This document shows, in pieces, positions 36,041 through 45,775 of a stretch of 64,000 bases of DNA. This DNA is from Myxococcota bacterium (lineage in GTDB: Bacteria > Myxococcota_A > UBA796 > CAJQPC01). Under the pieces are notes generated by a model. It searched no databases and was not told where the DNA came from. It saw nothing but the letters and a program-made list of their open reading frames with translations. A program made the translations under genes and the position numbers. Location: NCBI GenBank assembly GCA_036012755.1, contig DASCPX010000027.1:96001-160000 (forward strand), in the 5' to 3' direction. Each line of letters starts with the position of its first letter. The first letter of the stretch is position 1.

Positions 36041-36054
36041 GATTCTGGGCGTTC

Positions 36055-37794
36055 ATGCACATCCTCGGACTCTCTTGCTTCTACCACGACGCCGCAGCCT
36101 GCCTGCTCCGCGAGGGCGTCCCCGTCGCGGCCACCGACGAGCAGGCATTCACTCGCAAGAAGCACGACTCGGACTTCCCGAAACAGTCGATTCGCTTCTG
36201 CCTGGACCAGGCCGGAATCACGGCCGACAAGATCGACGCCGTAGCCTTCTACGACAAGCCGTTGATGAAGTTCGATCGCCTGCTGCGCTACCAGGTCCAT
36301 CACTTCCCATCGACCTTCCGCACCTTCGTCGATGCCATGCCGCGGTGGATCGCCACCCGCCTTCGACTCCCGAAGCTCCTGAAGGAGGAGTTCGGCTACA
36401 CGGGCCCCATCCTTTACAGCGAGCACCACCTCAGCCACGCAGCCAGCGCCTACTACACCTCGGGCTTCGACGAGGCCGCGGTGCTGACGGTCGACGGCGT
36501 CGGAGAGTGGGCGACGGCGTCCTGGGGACGCGGCGAGGGCCCGAACCTCGAGCTGCTCGGCCAGATCCGGTTCCCCCACAGCCTGGGTCTCCTGTACTCG
36601 GCCTTCACCTACTACTGCGGGTTCAAGGTCAACTCCGCCGAGTACAAGCTGATGGGCCTGGCGCCCTACGGCCAGCCGACCATGATCGACAAGGTCCGGG
36701 AGTTCATCGACGTCAAGGACGACGGCACCTTCAGGCTGAACATGAAGTACTTCGCCTACGAGCAGGGCGAGGGCATGTTCAACTCCAGCTTCGAGGACGT
36801 GATGGGGAGGCCCCGGCGACCGCTGGAGGCCAAGGACATGGACGCCTTCTACATGGACGCGGCCCGGTCGATCCAGGAGGTCACGAACGAGGTCATGATC
36901 AAGCTGGCCCGCTCGACCATGGAGCGGGCTGGAAGCAAGAACCTGTGCATGGCTGGCGGTGTCTCGCTCAACTGCGTCGCCAACGGTCACATCCTCCGGC
37001 AGACCGGCGTCGAGGACCTCTACGTCCAGCCCTCCGCTGGGGACGCCGGTGGCGCCATGGGGGCGGCCTACGTCGTATGGAACCAGCTGCTGCAGAACCC
37101 GGTCGGACCGCGGCTGCCGACGCCGTATCTCGGCCCGGGCTACGACGAAGAGCAGATCCGCGAGACCCTCGACCGCTACGGCGCGGTCTACAAGCGCCTC
37201 GAGCGGCAGGAGCTCGTCGAGACCGTCGCCGAGCTCATCGACACCGCCCACGTCGTCGGCTGGTACCAGGACCGCCGCGAGTGGGGGCCGCGGGCTCTGG
37301 GACACAGGACCATCCTGGGCGACGCCCGCCACCCGGAGATGCGCACCATCATCAACATGCGGATCAAGTTCCGGGAGGGATTCCGGCCCTTTGCGCCTAC
37401 ATGTCTCGAGGAGTACGTCGAGGACTACTTCGAGATCGATCGGCCCTCGCCGTACATGCTCCTGGTGGCCCCCGTCAAAGAGGAGCACCGCGACGGCCTC
37501 AAGGCCATCACGCACGTCGACGGCTCTGCCCGCATCCAGACCGTGAACCGTGAGCAGGAGCCTCTCTACTACGACCTCATCAAGGCCTTCTACGATCGGA
37601 CTGGCTGCCCCATCGTCATCAACACCTCCCTGAACGTCCGCGGCGAGCCCATCGTGACCACGCCAGAGGACAGCTACCTCTGCTTCATGCGGACGGACAT
37701 GGACGCCATGGCCCTGGGCCCCTTCCTGTGCATGAAAGAGGACCAGCCAGAGCTCGTGCTCCTCTCGGCGAAGGAGGAGTTCGGTCTCGACTGA
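36055..37794 (+). CDS. Carbamoyltransferase (NodU/CmcH family)
   Basis: YHDAAA, EHHLSHAASAY, TVDGVGE, YKLMGLAPYG, GPRALG, FRPFAP, HVDGSAR, NTSLN. Confidence 0.95.
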   Translation: MHILGLSCFYHDAAACLLREGVPVAATDEQAFTRKKHDSDFPKQSIRFCLDQAGITADKIDAVAFYDKPLMKFDRLLRYQVHHFPSTFRTFVDAMPRWIATRLRLPKLLKEEFGYTGPILYSEHHLSHAASAYYTSGFDEAAVLTVDGVGEWATASWGRGEGPNLELLGQIRFPHSLGLLYSAFTYYCGFKVNSAEYKLMGLAPYGQPTMIDKVREFIDVKDDGTFRLNMKYFAYEQGEGMFNSSFEDVMGRPRRPLEAKDMDAFYMDAARSIQEVTNEVMIKLARSTMERAGSKNLCMAGGVSLNCVANGHILRQTGVEDLYVQPSAGDAGGAMGAAYVVWNQLLQNPVGPRLPTPYLGPGYDEEQIRETLDRYGAVYKRLERQELVETVAELIDTAHVVGWYQDRREWGPRALGHRTILGDARHPEMRTIINMRIKFREGFRPFAPTCLEEYVEDYFEIDRPSPYMLLVAPVKEEHRDGLKAITHVDGSARIQTVNREQEPLYYDLIKAFYDRTGCPIVINTSLNVRGEPIVTTPEDSYLCFMRTDMDAMALGPFLCMKEDQPELVLLSAKEEFGLD

Positions 37795-37797
37795 GAC

Positions 37798-38346
37798 CTA
37801 CCAGGGCGGCCAGCCCCGCGCCTCGCCGCCGGTGAAGGCGATGCCGTCGAGGTCGGTCTCGCCCTCGATGTTGGCGAAGAGGTTGGTGTGGCCGTCCGAG
37901 AAGCCCAGGACCGTCACGGTGACGTCCGGGTCGTTCTCGCTGCTGTAGATGACCGGCGTGCCCTGGGTGGGAGTCAGCGAGTAGCTCATAGAGCTCACCG
38001 GGTAGGTCCCTGCGTAGCGCAGGTCCCCGTCGACGATGATCGTGATGACCTCGGCCTGGCTGTTGTCCGGGATGTTCGCGCTCAGCGAGGTCTTGGTCCA
38101 GAAGCCCTCGTCGGTGGACCACGCGGAGCCGTCCAGCGTCGCCACGAAGCTCGGGGGTTCCGGGTCGAACTCGTCTCCGTAGCTGGTGTCCTCTGTGTCG
38201 CCCTCGGAGTCGTCAGTGCCCTCGGAGTCGTCGGTGACGGGGCTGTCGTCTTCCGCCGAGTCCGCGGTCTGCTCCTTGTTCCCGCTGCAGGCGAGTGACA
38301 GCGCCAGGACGGTCCCACCACAGACGCTCAGTCGAATCGCACGCAT
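37798..38346 (-). CDS. Hypothetical lipoprotein
   Basis: MRAIRL...LSLAC signal, acidic linker, beta-rich domain. Confidence 0.7.
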   Translation of the reverse strand: MRAIRLSVCGGTVLALSLACSGNKEQTADSAEDDSPVTDDSEGTDDSEGDTEDTSYGDEFDPEPPSFVATLDGSAWSTDEGFWTKTSLSANIPDNSQAEVITIIVDGDLRYAGTYPVSSMSYSLTPTQGTPVIYSSENDPDVTVTVLGFSDGHTNLFANIEGETDLDGIAFTGGEARGWPPW

Positions 38347-38364
38347 GGCCACGTCCTCCAGGGT

Positions 38365-38401
38365 GTCAGCATAGCGAAAGGTCAGCATAGCGAAAGGTCA
38401 G
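38365..38401. repeat. 16-bp direct repeat (x2.3) in a divergent intergenic region
   Basis: GTCAGCATAGCGAAAG GTCAGCATAGCGAAAG GTCAG. Confidence 0.9.
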
Positions 38402-38460
38402 TTGTTCGGCGCCCATCGGTCAGCTAAAGTGACGCCCGCTCCCCGCACCGAGGAGAGCAC

Positions 38461-40116
38461 GTGCTCCTGCTCTGCGCATTGTCCACGAGCGCCCAGGCCG
38501 ACTCCTGGGCCCCGGACGCCACAATCCAAGACGCCGCCCAGCTCCAGGTGACGGAGGAAGGGCTCGACGCGATCACGGACCTCCTCCCTGCCCTGATTCC
38601 CGAGAAGATCGAGATCGGCACGGCCATCGACGAGAGCGGCGGAACGTGGTGCTTCAACTACGAGTTCTACATGGGCAACCTGTGGGTGGGCATCGAGGTG
38701 GTCGACGCCACGCTCACCCCCGGCAACGGCGTGCTCGACCTCCACGCCGACCTGCTTGTCTGGATCAACGACAGCTCCGACAAGTTCGGCCTCCAGACCG
38801 AGGTCGCCTGCATCGAGACGGACTGCCCGGGCTACGTCGAGCCCTTCCCCGTGACCATCGACACGGAGATCGCGCTCGAGATCGTCACCGACGAGTTCGG
38901 CGACCCCGCCCTGGATGCGACGGTAGGCGACATCGAGGTCATCGGGACCGACATCACCGACTACCTGATCCTCGACTGCTGGATCGGGGATCTCGAGGAG
39001 ATCCTGAACTGGGTCGGGCTGTCGCTCTACGACCTCATCTGGATGGCCGTGGAGCCAGTGCTCGCGAGCATGATCAGCGACCTCGGCCCAGAGATCGAGA
39101 CCATGATCGAGGACGCCTTCAGCCAGGCGACCATCAACGAGGAGATCGCTGTCGGTGACGCCACGCTGACGATCGAGCTCTTCCCCAGGGACGTCATCAT
39201 CACGCCGGAGGGCGTGGCGATCGCGATGTCCGGCTCGGCCACCGCTGACGCCGCCGAGTGCATCTTCGCCTACGACCCCGGCGGCTCGACGCGAACGGAC
39301 ACGCCCCTGCCGACCATGGCGGACATCCCGACCGGCACCCACATGTCGATCGAGCTCTCGGACGACTTCACGAACCAGCTGCTCTACGGGGCGTGGCGTG
39401 GCGGCGTGCTCTGCTACACCCTGCAGGGCGAGGACCCGCTGCCGATCAACACCTCGCTCCTGGGCATCATCGCCGGAGACACCTTCGACGAGCTCTTCGC
39501 CGGCGAGACCAAGCCGATGGTCATCCAGACCCGGCCGAAGGTCCCGCCCGAGGCGGTCTTCGACGGCGGCCACGATATCGACGCCCACATCGAGGATCTC
39601 GGACTCAACTTCTTCGGAGAGGTGGACGACCGCATGGCCAAGGTCGTCGGCCTCGACCTCGACATCGACGCCGGGGTCGACCTGGTCTTCGACGGCAACA
39701 CGGGGGAGCTCGCGATCGAGATCGCGCTCTCGGGTGACGACGTCGACGCGGATGTCGTCCACAACGAGCTCGTCACGGGAACCGACGAGGTCATCGAGGG
39801 CAACTTCGCCGGAGCCTTCGACACGATCCTCGAGACGGTCCTCGGCGGTCTGCTCGGAGATCTCGCCTTCGCCCTGCCCTCGATGGAAGGAGTCGGTCTC
39901 ACCGAGCTCCGCGTCGACGCGGTCGGCGCACAGGCGGACTGGCTCGGCGTCTGGGCCAACGTCGGCGTCACCCCCTACGAGGGCGGCGACTGCGGGGGCT
40001 GCGGCGGCGACAGCAGCGGATGCTCCGGTGGCTGCACCAGCGGCAGCATGCGGACCCTGACCCTCTACCTGGCCCTCCCGGCCGTCCTGGTCCTGCTCCG
40101 GCGCCGCGAGGACTGA
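38461..40116 (+). CDS. Secreted acidic protein, BPI/LBP-like, with MYXO-CTERM-like tail (paralog 1)
   Basis: QVTEEGLD; LSDDFTNQLLYGAWRGGVL; C-terminal GCSGGC-TM-RRR; GAGGAG SD. Confidence 0.75.
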   Translation: MLLLCALSTSAQADSWAPDATIQDAAQLQVTEEGLDAITDLLPALIPEKIEIGTAIDESGGTWCFNYEFYMGNLWVGIEVVDATLTPGNGVLDLHADLLVWINDSSDKFGLQTEVACIETDCPGYVEPFPVTIDTEIALEIVTDEFGDPALDATVGDIEVIGTDITDYLILDCWIGDLEEILNWVGLSLYDLIWMAVEPVLASMISDLGPEIETMIEDAFSQATINEEIAVGDATLTIELFPRDVIITPEGVAIAMSGSATADAAECIFAYDPGGSTRTDTPLPTMADIPTGTHMSIELSDDFTNQLLYGAWRGGVLCYTLQGEDPLPINTSLLGIIAGDTFDELFAGETKPMVIQTRPKVPPEAVFDGGHDIDAHIEDLGLNFFGEVDDRMAKVVGLDLDIDAGVDLVFDGNTGELAIEIALSGDDVDADVVHNELVTGTDEVIEGNFAGAFDTILETVLGGLLGDLAFALPSMEGVGLTELRVDAVGAQADWLGVWANVGVTPYEGGDCGGCGGDSSGCSGGCTSGSMRTLTLYLALPAVLVLLRRRED

Positions 40117-41714
40117 TGCTGGTCCTCGTGGGGGCCGCGCTCGCCCAGGACCATCCCGCGGGCGAGCGCATCGACGAGGCCATCGCGGCGGTGGCAGGTG
40201 AGCAGGCCTTCGACCAGCTGGGCGGGCTCGTCAGCACCCTCGCTCCAGAGGCCATGGAGCTCGATCCCACCGGCGACGAGCAGGGCAGCGGCTGCTTCAA
40301 CTACGCGTACCTGATCGAGAACATGAAGGTCTACGTCGAGATCCTCGACACCCGGATCACGCCCGGAAGCGGCGTCCTGGATGTCGAGGTGGACGCAGAG
40401 ATCGCGGTGAACGACGCCTCTGATCCCTTCGACCTCACCATCGAGCTGTTCTGCAACGAGACCTACTGCCCCACCTACATCGACCCCTTCGAGGCGACGC
40501 TGATCACCGACATCGCGCTGACGCTGGTCGAGGACGCCGACGGCAACAAGGTGATGGACGCCACGGTCTCGCCCTTCACGCTCGACAACAAGCTCGCCAG
40601 CGAGGACATCCACCTCGACTGCAGCATCGCCACCGTCGAGACGGTGCTGAACATCTTCGGGCTGTCGCTCTACGAGCTCATCATCGGGATGCTGGAGTCC
40701 CAGCTCTCCGACCAGCTCGAGGACACGCGGGCCGACATGGAGCTGCAGATCGAGGAGGCCTTCGCGGACCTTCGGATCGAGGAGACCGTCGCCCTCGGTG
40801 ATGCCGAGCTCCTGATCCTGCTCGAGCCAGAGGACGTCCGCATCACCGAGACCGAGCTCACCCTGGTGCTGGCTGGCTCCGCAGAGGCCACCAGCGTCGC
40901 CGAGTGCATAGAAGACGACGACCCCGGCGCCAGCGTCGGCACCGTGGGCTCCGTGCCTGGCTCCGAGTCCCTGGACGGGCGCCACGCCGCCATCCTCGTG
41001 AGCGACGACTTCGGCAACCAGGCGGCCTACGCTGCCTGGCGCGGGGGCATGCTCTGCCAGAGCGTCTCCGATGGCGCCGGGCTGACCCTGGACACGTCGA
41101 TCCTCGCCGCGCTGACCGGTGGTGTCTACGAGCCGCTCTTCGACGAGCCCAAGCCGATGGTCCTGGCGATCCGGCCCCACGTGCCGCCCACGCTGGCCAC
41201 CACCGAGCCCAGCCCGGCCGTGGACCTCGAGCGCTTCGGCATGGACATGGTCGCGGAGGTAGACGACCGGATGGCCCGGGTGGTTGCGGTCGAGCTCGAC
41301 GCCCTGGTCGAGATCCCGATGAGCTTCGACGAGAACACCGGAGAGCTCGCCATCGACGTCGGAATCGACGAGGAGACCCTCGAGGTCGCCGTCGTCCACA
41401 ACGAGCTCGTCACGGGCACGGATGACGAGGTCGCCCTAGCCTTCGTCGATGGCATCGGGCCTTTCCTGGACCTCGCCATCGGCGCGCTCGCGGGCTCCCT
41501 GTCCTTCGACATGCCTGCCTTCGAGGGCATCGGCGTCACGGCCTTGGAGGCCGGCTTCTTCGACGACTGGCTCGTGATCGGCGTGGACCTGGGCGAGCCG
41601 CTGTATGAGCCCGCCTCTTGCGAGGACGGCTGCTCCGGCGGCTGTGGCGTGGGCGGAGGCCTCTCAGGGCTCCTGGCGATGTTGGCCGTCGGCCTCGTGC
41701 GCCGGCGCGAGTGA
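40116..41714 (+). CDS. Secreted acidic protein, BPI/LBP-like, with MYXO-CTERM-like tail (paralog 2)
   Basis: Collinear similarity to paralog 1 (CFNY, GLSLY, AWRGG, VVHNELVTGTD); TGATG coupling. Confidence 0.75.
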   Translation: MLVLVGAALAQDHPAGERIDEAIAAVAGEQAFDQLGGLVSTLAPEAMELDPTGDEQGSGCFNYAYLIENMKVYVEILDTRITPGSGVLDVEVDAEIAVNDASDPFDLTIELFCNETYCPTYIDPFEATLITDIALTLVEDADGNKVMDATVSPFTLDNKLASEDIHLDCSIATVETVLNIFGLSLYELIIGMLESQLSDQLEDTRADMELQIEEAFADLRIEETVALGDAELLILLEPEDVRITETELTLVLAGSAEATSVAECIEDDDPGASVGTVGSVPGSESLDGRHAAILVSDDFGNQAAYAAWRGGMLCQSVSDGAGLTLDTSILAALTGGVYEPLFDEPKPMVLAIRPHVPPTLATTEPSPAVDLERFGMDMVAEVDDRMARVVAVELDALVEIPMSFDENTGELAIDVGIDEETLEVAVVHNELVTGTDDEVALAFVDGIGPFLDLAIGALAGSLSFDMPAFEGIGVTALEAGFFDDWLVIGVDLGEPLYEPASCEDGCSGGCGVGGGLSGLLAMLAVGLVRRRE

Positions 41715-42305
41715 ATCCGCGAGTGACTCCACAAAGGCGCGACCTTCCTCGGTCGTGGAGAGGCTCCGCCAGACCGCCAGCTTCTCCTCTTCGTTCATGG
41801 TGTCCCAGGTCTCCGCCGCGAGGGCCATGAGCTCGCCACGGAGTTGCTCCAGCACCGCCTCGCGCCCCCCCTCCCCCCAGGGCAGACCATGGGCTTCGAG
41901 GCCCCGCACGTCCGCCTGCGGGTATTGGACGTCCAGGATCACGAGCCCCGAGAGCTTGCAGTGGTTGCGGCCCGACAGCTCGATCAGCCAGTGGCCCTCT
42001 CGGCCCTCCAGGCGGAGCTTGCGGAAGCCGCCGACATCTCCGGCTGGGGGAAGCGACAGCGGGTCTCCGATGCAGGCGCCGAGAGGCTTGGCGAGGGCCC
42101 ATCTCTTCTTGACCGCGATGGGGGGGTCCAGCAGGAGCTCCCGACCCACCGGATCGTAGAGGACCTGGTCGCCGTCCTCGGCCTGGAAGACCTCCACGGG
42201 ATCACCGCCGATGTGGCGATAGACCCGCGCCACTGGCTCCTCATCTCGGGCCTGCTGGGCGGCCTCCTCGACGGGCGCCGCGCACGCCAACAGGAGCAGA
42301 CTCAC
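41664..42305 (-). CDS. Hypothetical lipoprotein
   Basis: MSLLLLAC start; coding-like composition. Confidence 0.55.
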   Translation of the reverse strand: MSLLLLACAAPVEEAAQQARDEEPVARVYRHIGGDPVEVFQAEDGDQVLYDPVGRELLLDPPIAVKKRWALAKPLGACIGDPLSLPPAGDVGGFRKLRLEGREGHWLIELSGRNHCKLSGLVILDVQYPQADVRGLEAHGLPWGEGGREAVLEQLRGELMALAAETWDTMNEEEKLAVWRSLSTTEEGRAFVESLADSLAPAHEADGQHRQEP

Positions 42306-42322
42306 AGCGCCGATCAGCGCTG

Positions 42323-42805
42323 TCAGTTGCGGACCAGGTTGTTGCAGTAGTCGGCGGAGAAGTACTCCGTGCTGTAGCTGCCGACGTCGTCACCGAAGGT
42401 GATGTCGAAGGAGCCCTCCATCAGGCCGTTGTCCTCCATGCTCTGGACCTGGAGGTTGCCGTCCCGACCGCGGTTCTCGACGAACGCGCCGCCCTTGACG
42501 GCCAGGGCCTTCGCGGCGACGGCGGCGTCACCGGCCACGTTGAAGTTGCCCTTCTGCGTCGCGTCCTCGTCGAAGCCGAACTGCAGCGCGACGAAGTCGA
42601 AGTCCGCGGGGGCCTCTGCCGCGTCGTAGGTGCGCCGCACGAAGCTCATGTCGTAGCAGGTGAGCTCCACATCCACGAAGATGACGAAGGGCCCCCCCCA
42701 GAGAGCGGTGAGCGGGTCGGAGACGGCGTACCCGTCGACCGTGCCGTCGATGACCGTAGCGTCAGGGCCGCAGCCGAGCATGGTGAGCGCGCTGAGCAGG
42801 AACAT
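42323..42805 (-). CDS. Hypothetical lipoprotein
   Basis: MFLLSALTMLGC after an AGGAGA SD; beta-rich. Confidence 0.65.
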   Translation of the reverse strand: MFLLSALTMLGCGPDATVIDGTVDGYAVSDPLTALWGGPFVIFVDVELTCYDMSFVRRTYDAAEAPADFDFVALQFGFDEDATQKGNFNVAGDAAVAAKALAVKGGAFVENRGRDGNLQVQSMEDNGLMEGSFDITFGDDVGSYSTEYFSADYCNNLVRN

Positions 42806-42847
42806 GCTGAAATCTCCTCTCATGGCCAGCCTAACCGGAGATTGTGG

Positions 42848-43585
42848 ATGCGGGAGAAGCTGAGGCAGCTGGGGGGCGGTGGAAAGGTCCGCCTCGACTG
42901 GACCGGACCGATCGCCTCTGTCGTGCTGGACAATCCGAAGGCCCGCAACGCGCTGACGCCGACGATGTTCGCCGAGCTTGGCGACGCCGTGGACGAGCTC
43001 GAGGACAGCGAAGGCGTCGGACTCGTCCTTCGAGGCGCCGGAGACCTCGCCTTCTGCGCCGGGGCGGACCTGGCCTTCGTGCAGGCGGCTCGGGCGAACC
43101 CGGAGACCGCCGCCGCGATGTGCGGCTACATGCATGACCTGACGCGTCGGCTGCGCGCCCTCCCCCTCGTCTCCGTAGCGGCGATCGAGGGAGGAGCCTG
43201 GGGAGGCGGAGCCGAGCTCGCTACCGCGACCGACCTCCGGGTGATGTCACGGACGGCCCGCGTCCACTTCGTGCACGCGAGGCTGGGCCTCGCTCCAGGC
43301 TGGGGAGGTGGCGTGCGGCTACCGCAGTTCGTCGGACGCGCAGGCGCGATCTCGCTGTTGTGTGCCTCCGAGCCGGCGGACGGGCAGCGTGCCCTGGAGA
43401 TGGGCCTCGTGGACCGCCTGGCCCCTCCCGGGGGCACCGTCGGCGCCGCGGAGAGCATCCTCGCGCCGATGACAGCCTGGTCAAAAGACAGCGTGCGTGC
43501 CTGCAAGCGCATGGTCGCCGCCTCCGACCAGGAGCTGGACGCAGCCTACGCAGCGGCCGCGCAGGCCTTCTGCGACCTGTGGTAG
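42848..43585 (+). CDS. Crotonase-family protein (ethylmalonyl-CoA decarboxylase ECHDC1-like)
   Basis: ARNAL, FCAGADL, GGGAEL, FVHARLGLAPGWGGG. Confidence 0.85.
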   Translation: MREKLRQLGGGGKVRLDWTGPIASVVLDNPKARNALTPTMFAELGDAVDELEDSEGVGLVLRGAGDLAFCAGADLAFVQAARANPETAAAMCGYMHDLTRRLRALPLVSVAAIEGGAWGGGAELATATDLRVMSRTARVHFVHARLGLAPGWGGGVRLPQFVGRAGAISLLCASEPADGQRALEMGLVDRLAPPGGTVGAAESILAPMTAWSKDSVRACKRMVAASDQELDAAYAAAAQAFCDLW

Positions 43586-43586
43586 C

Positions 43587-44411
43587 TCAGTCGGCGAGCT
43601 GGTCGTCGAGGTCGGCGCCGAGCTCCCTGGTGCGCTGGTAGGCCGCGTCGATCGACTCGGTGACGACAGCCCCCATCCGGCCCTGCTTGAGGACCTGGAG
43701 GGCCCTGGAGGTGGTCCCCCCCGGAGACGTGACCGCGTCGATGAGCTCCGCGACGTGGAGCTCATCGTCACGCTCGAGCATCTCGGCCGTGCCGAGGAGG
43801 GTCGCCAGGACCGCCTCACGGCCCAGCTCGCGCGGCATTCCGATGTAGTTCGCGGCCTCCAGCAGGGACTTCACGAACTCGGCCACGATGGCGGGTCCGG
43901 TGCCGCTCACCGCGGTCGCCCGGTCCACGTGGCGCTCGTTGTCGACCACCATCTCCCGGCCCATTGTCGTGAGCACCTGACGGATCCGCTCGCCGTGCTC
44001 TCCCTCGGCTGCGGTCCAGACGGTCATGCCGCTGTGGATCCGGCATGGCAGGTTGGGCATCGCGCGGGCGATGCGCTCGTGGCGGAGCCCCGCTGCCAGC
44101 GTCGCCAGCGATGCTCCGGCGACGATCGAGAGGACCTGGGTGTCTGCGGGCAGGTGGCCACCGATGTCCGCGAAGACCTTCGCCAGGGTCTGGGGTTTCA
44201 CGGCCAGCACCAGCAGGTCGGAGCAGGCGACCACCTCGAGGTTGACCGAGGTGACCGCGATGCCGTGAGCGGACTCCAGGTGGTCGCGGCGGCTGCCGTG
44301 GGGATCGCTCGCCATCACCCTGTCCTGGCTCAGCCCGCCGTTGGAGAGGACTCCCGCGATCATGGTCTCGGCCATGACCCCAGCGCCGATGAAACCGAGA
44401 CGCCAGCTCAT
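43587..44411 (-). CDS. proC: Pyrroline-5-carboxylate reductase
   Basis: GFIGAG, LAVKPQ, RAMPN, TAVSGTGPA, VTSPGGTT. Confidence 0.95.
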   Translation of the reverse strand: MSWRLGFIGAGVMAETMIAGVLSNGGLSQDRVMASDPHGSRRDHLESAHGIAVTSVNLEVVACSDLLVLAVKPQTLAKVFADIGGHLPADTQVLSIVAGASLATLAAGLRHERIARAMPNLPCRIHSGMTVWTAAEGEHGERIRQVLTTMGREMVVDNERHVDRATAVSGTGPAIVAEFVKSLLEAANYIGMPRELGREAVLATLLGTAEMLERDDELHVAELIDAVTSPGGTTSRALQVLKQGRMGAVVTESIDAAYQRTRELGADLDDQLAD

Positions 44412-45718
44412 CGCTCGACGAACCGGGTGATTGAGACATCGAGATCATCCAGCTTCACGGGGGGATCCAGGAGCAGGCGACTGAGCTCGTGCCAGTCTGG
44501 GGTGTCGTCGGCCAAAAGCCCCTCGTAGTAGAGCAGCTCCGCGCCGGCAGAGACGCGGCGGTGGAGTCCGCCGCGCCCGGCGAGGTGTATTCCCATGCGC
44601 TCGACGGCGGTGGCGACACGGACCCACGCCGGGTGCCAGGGCCCCCTCCAGGCAGGGTCGTGATCCGCCAGTCGAAGGACCCGCCCTCCAGCAGCGGTGC
44701 CAGCTGGAAACCCGATCGAGGACATCGCAGAGACGACGGCGTCGGTGACGCGAGCGTCGCTGGCCGACCACAGGGGATCGCCGTCATCGAGGGCGATGTG
44801 GGCGATCGCATGACCGGCCAGGGCGTCGCCCCCCGGCAGGAGCTCCGGAAGGGAGAGACGGAAGAAGGGCGCGTCGTCGACGACGTGGATCTCTGCGGGC
44901 AGGTCTCTGCGCGACGCGATCGGAACGATGACCTGCATGCGGTGCCGGGTCTCGATGCGCGCGACGTCCATGCGGAGCCCGAGGGCGAGCTCGTCGCCGA
45001 GGTACTCGGCCAGCTCGTGCAGCGGCGCGGCAGACCAGATCTCGTCCACCTCGATCGCGCCGGAGTCGGCGAGCACGCGAGAGACCCTCCCGTCGGTGAC
45101 CTCGATGCCCTCGATGCCACAGTCGGTCTGCACCTCCAGCCCGGACGTGAGCGCGCCCCAGCCCTCCTGCGGCGAGGCGCCGACTCCAACCAGCGCCGCG
45201 TCGCGCACGAGCCCGTGGTGCTGTCGAGCGAGGTTCACGGAGGCTCCCTCGGGATCTCCAAAGCGCTTGTGGCCGTAGGGCCCGTACAAGAGCTGGTAGG
45301 CGCTGCGCCCGTAGCGCTGGACCACCCAGTCACGGTAGCTGCGCTCCTCGAACCCACCGCCCAGCAGCGTGTCCCGAGCCATGAGCCCGGCGCGGGTCCT
45401 GGTCCACTCGAGCAGCGCGCGGCTGGCCTCTCCGCCGGGGAGCATCTCGCGCAGCTGCCGGCGCGAAAACGGCAGCTCCCAGAGCCGGCCGCCACACCAC
45501 AGACCCTTGGCGTACCCGGACGCCACCGGGGCTGCTCCGGCGTGGGCGGCGATGGCGGCGGCAGCGCCCGCGACGTCCTCGCTGACACCGCGGCCGATCG
45601 GCACCTCGGGCCAGGGCAGGCCGCCCGCGTGGGCTTCGGGCTCCAGCAGCGTGGCGCCCTTCAGGCAGGAAGCGGCGAGCACACCCGAGGGTCCGCCGCC
45701 GATCACCACCTTCGCCAT
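44408..45718 (-). CDS. FAD-dependent oxidoreductase (protoporphyrinogen oxidase/amine oxidase-like)
   Basis: VVIGGGPSG dinucleotide motif; C-terminal LAGRGG. Confidence 0.7.
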   Translation of the reverse strand: MAKVVIGGGPSGVLAASCLKGATLLEPEAHAGGLPWPEVPIGRGVSEDVAGAAAAIAAHAGAAPVASGYAKGLWCGGRLWELPFSRRQLREMLPGGEASRALLEWTRTRAGLMARDTLLGGGFEERSYRDWVVQRYGRSAYQLLYGPYGHKRFGDPEGASVNLARQHHGLVRDAALVGVGASPQEGWGALTSGLEVQTDCGIEGIEVTDGRVSRVLADSGAIEVDEIWSAAPLHELAEYLGDELALGLRMDVARIETRHRMQVIVPIASRRDLPAEIHVVDDAPFFRLSLPELLPGGDALAGHAIAHIALDDGDPLWSASDARVTDAVVSAMSSIGFPAGTAAGGRVLRLADHDPAWRGPWHPAWVRVATAVERMGIHLAGRGGLHRRVSAGAELLYYEGLLADDTPDWHELSRLLLDPPVKLDDLDVSITRFVER

Positions 45719-45775
45719 CCTCACACCTCGCGCGTCTGTCCCCGTTTCGGGCGCACAGGCTAACCCGCCCGCCCA

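Noticed and set aside
35152..36054. Long N-terminal extension of the carbamoyltransferase ORF (likewise for greA, the SDR, actD and actE)
   Set aside because: The extensions overlap other real genes or lack family motifs; the family-typical starts are internal.
41664..41714. 3' overlaps of convergent genes (also 6808-6845, 47328-47358, 56464-56519)
   Set aside because: Common in compact high-GC genomes where stop codons are scarce; no evidence of function.
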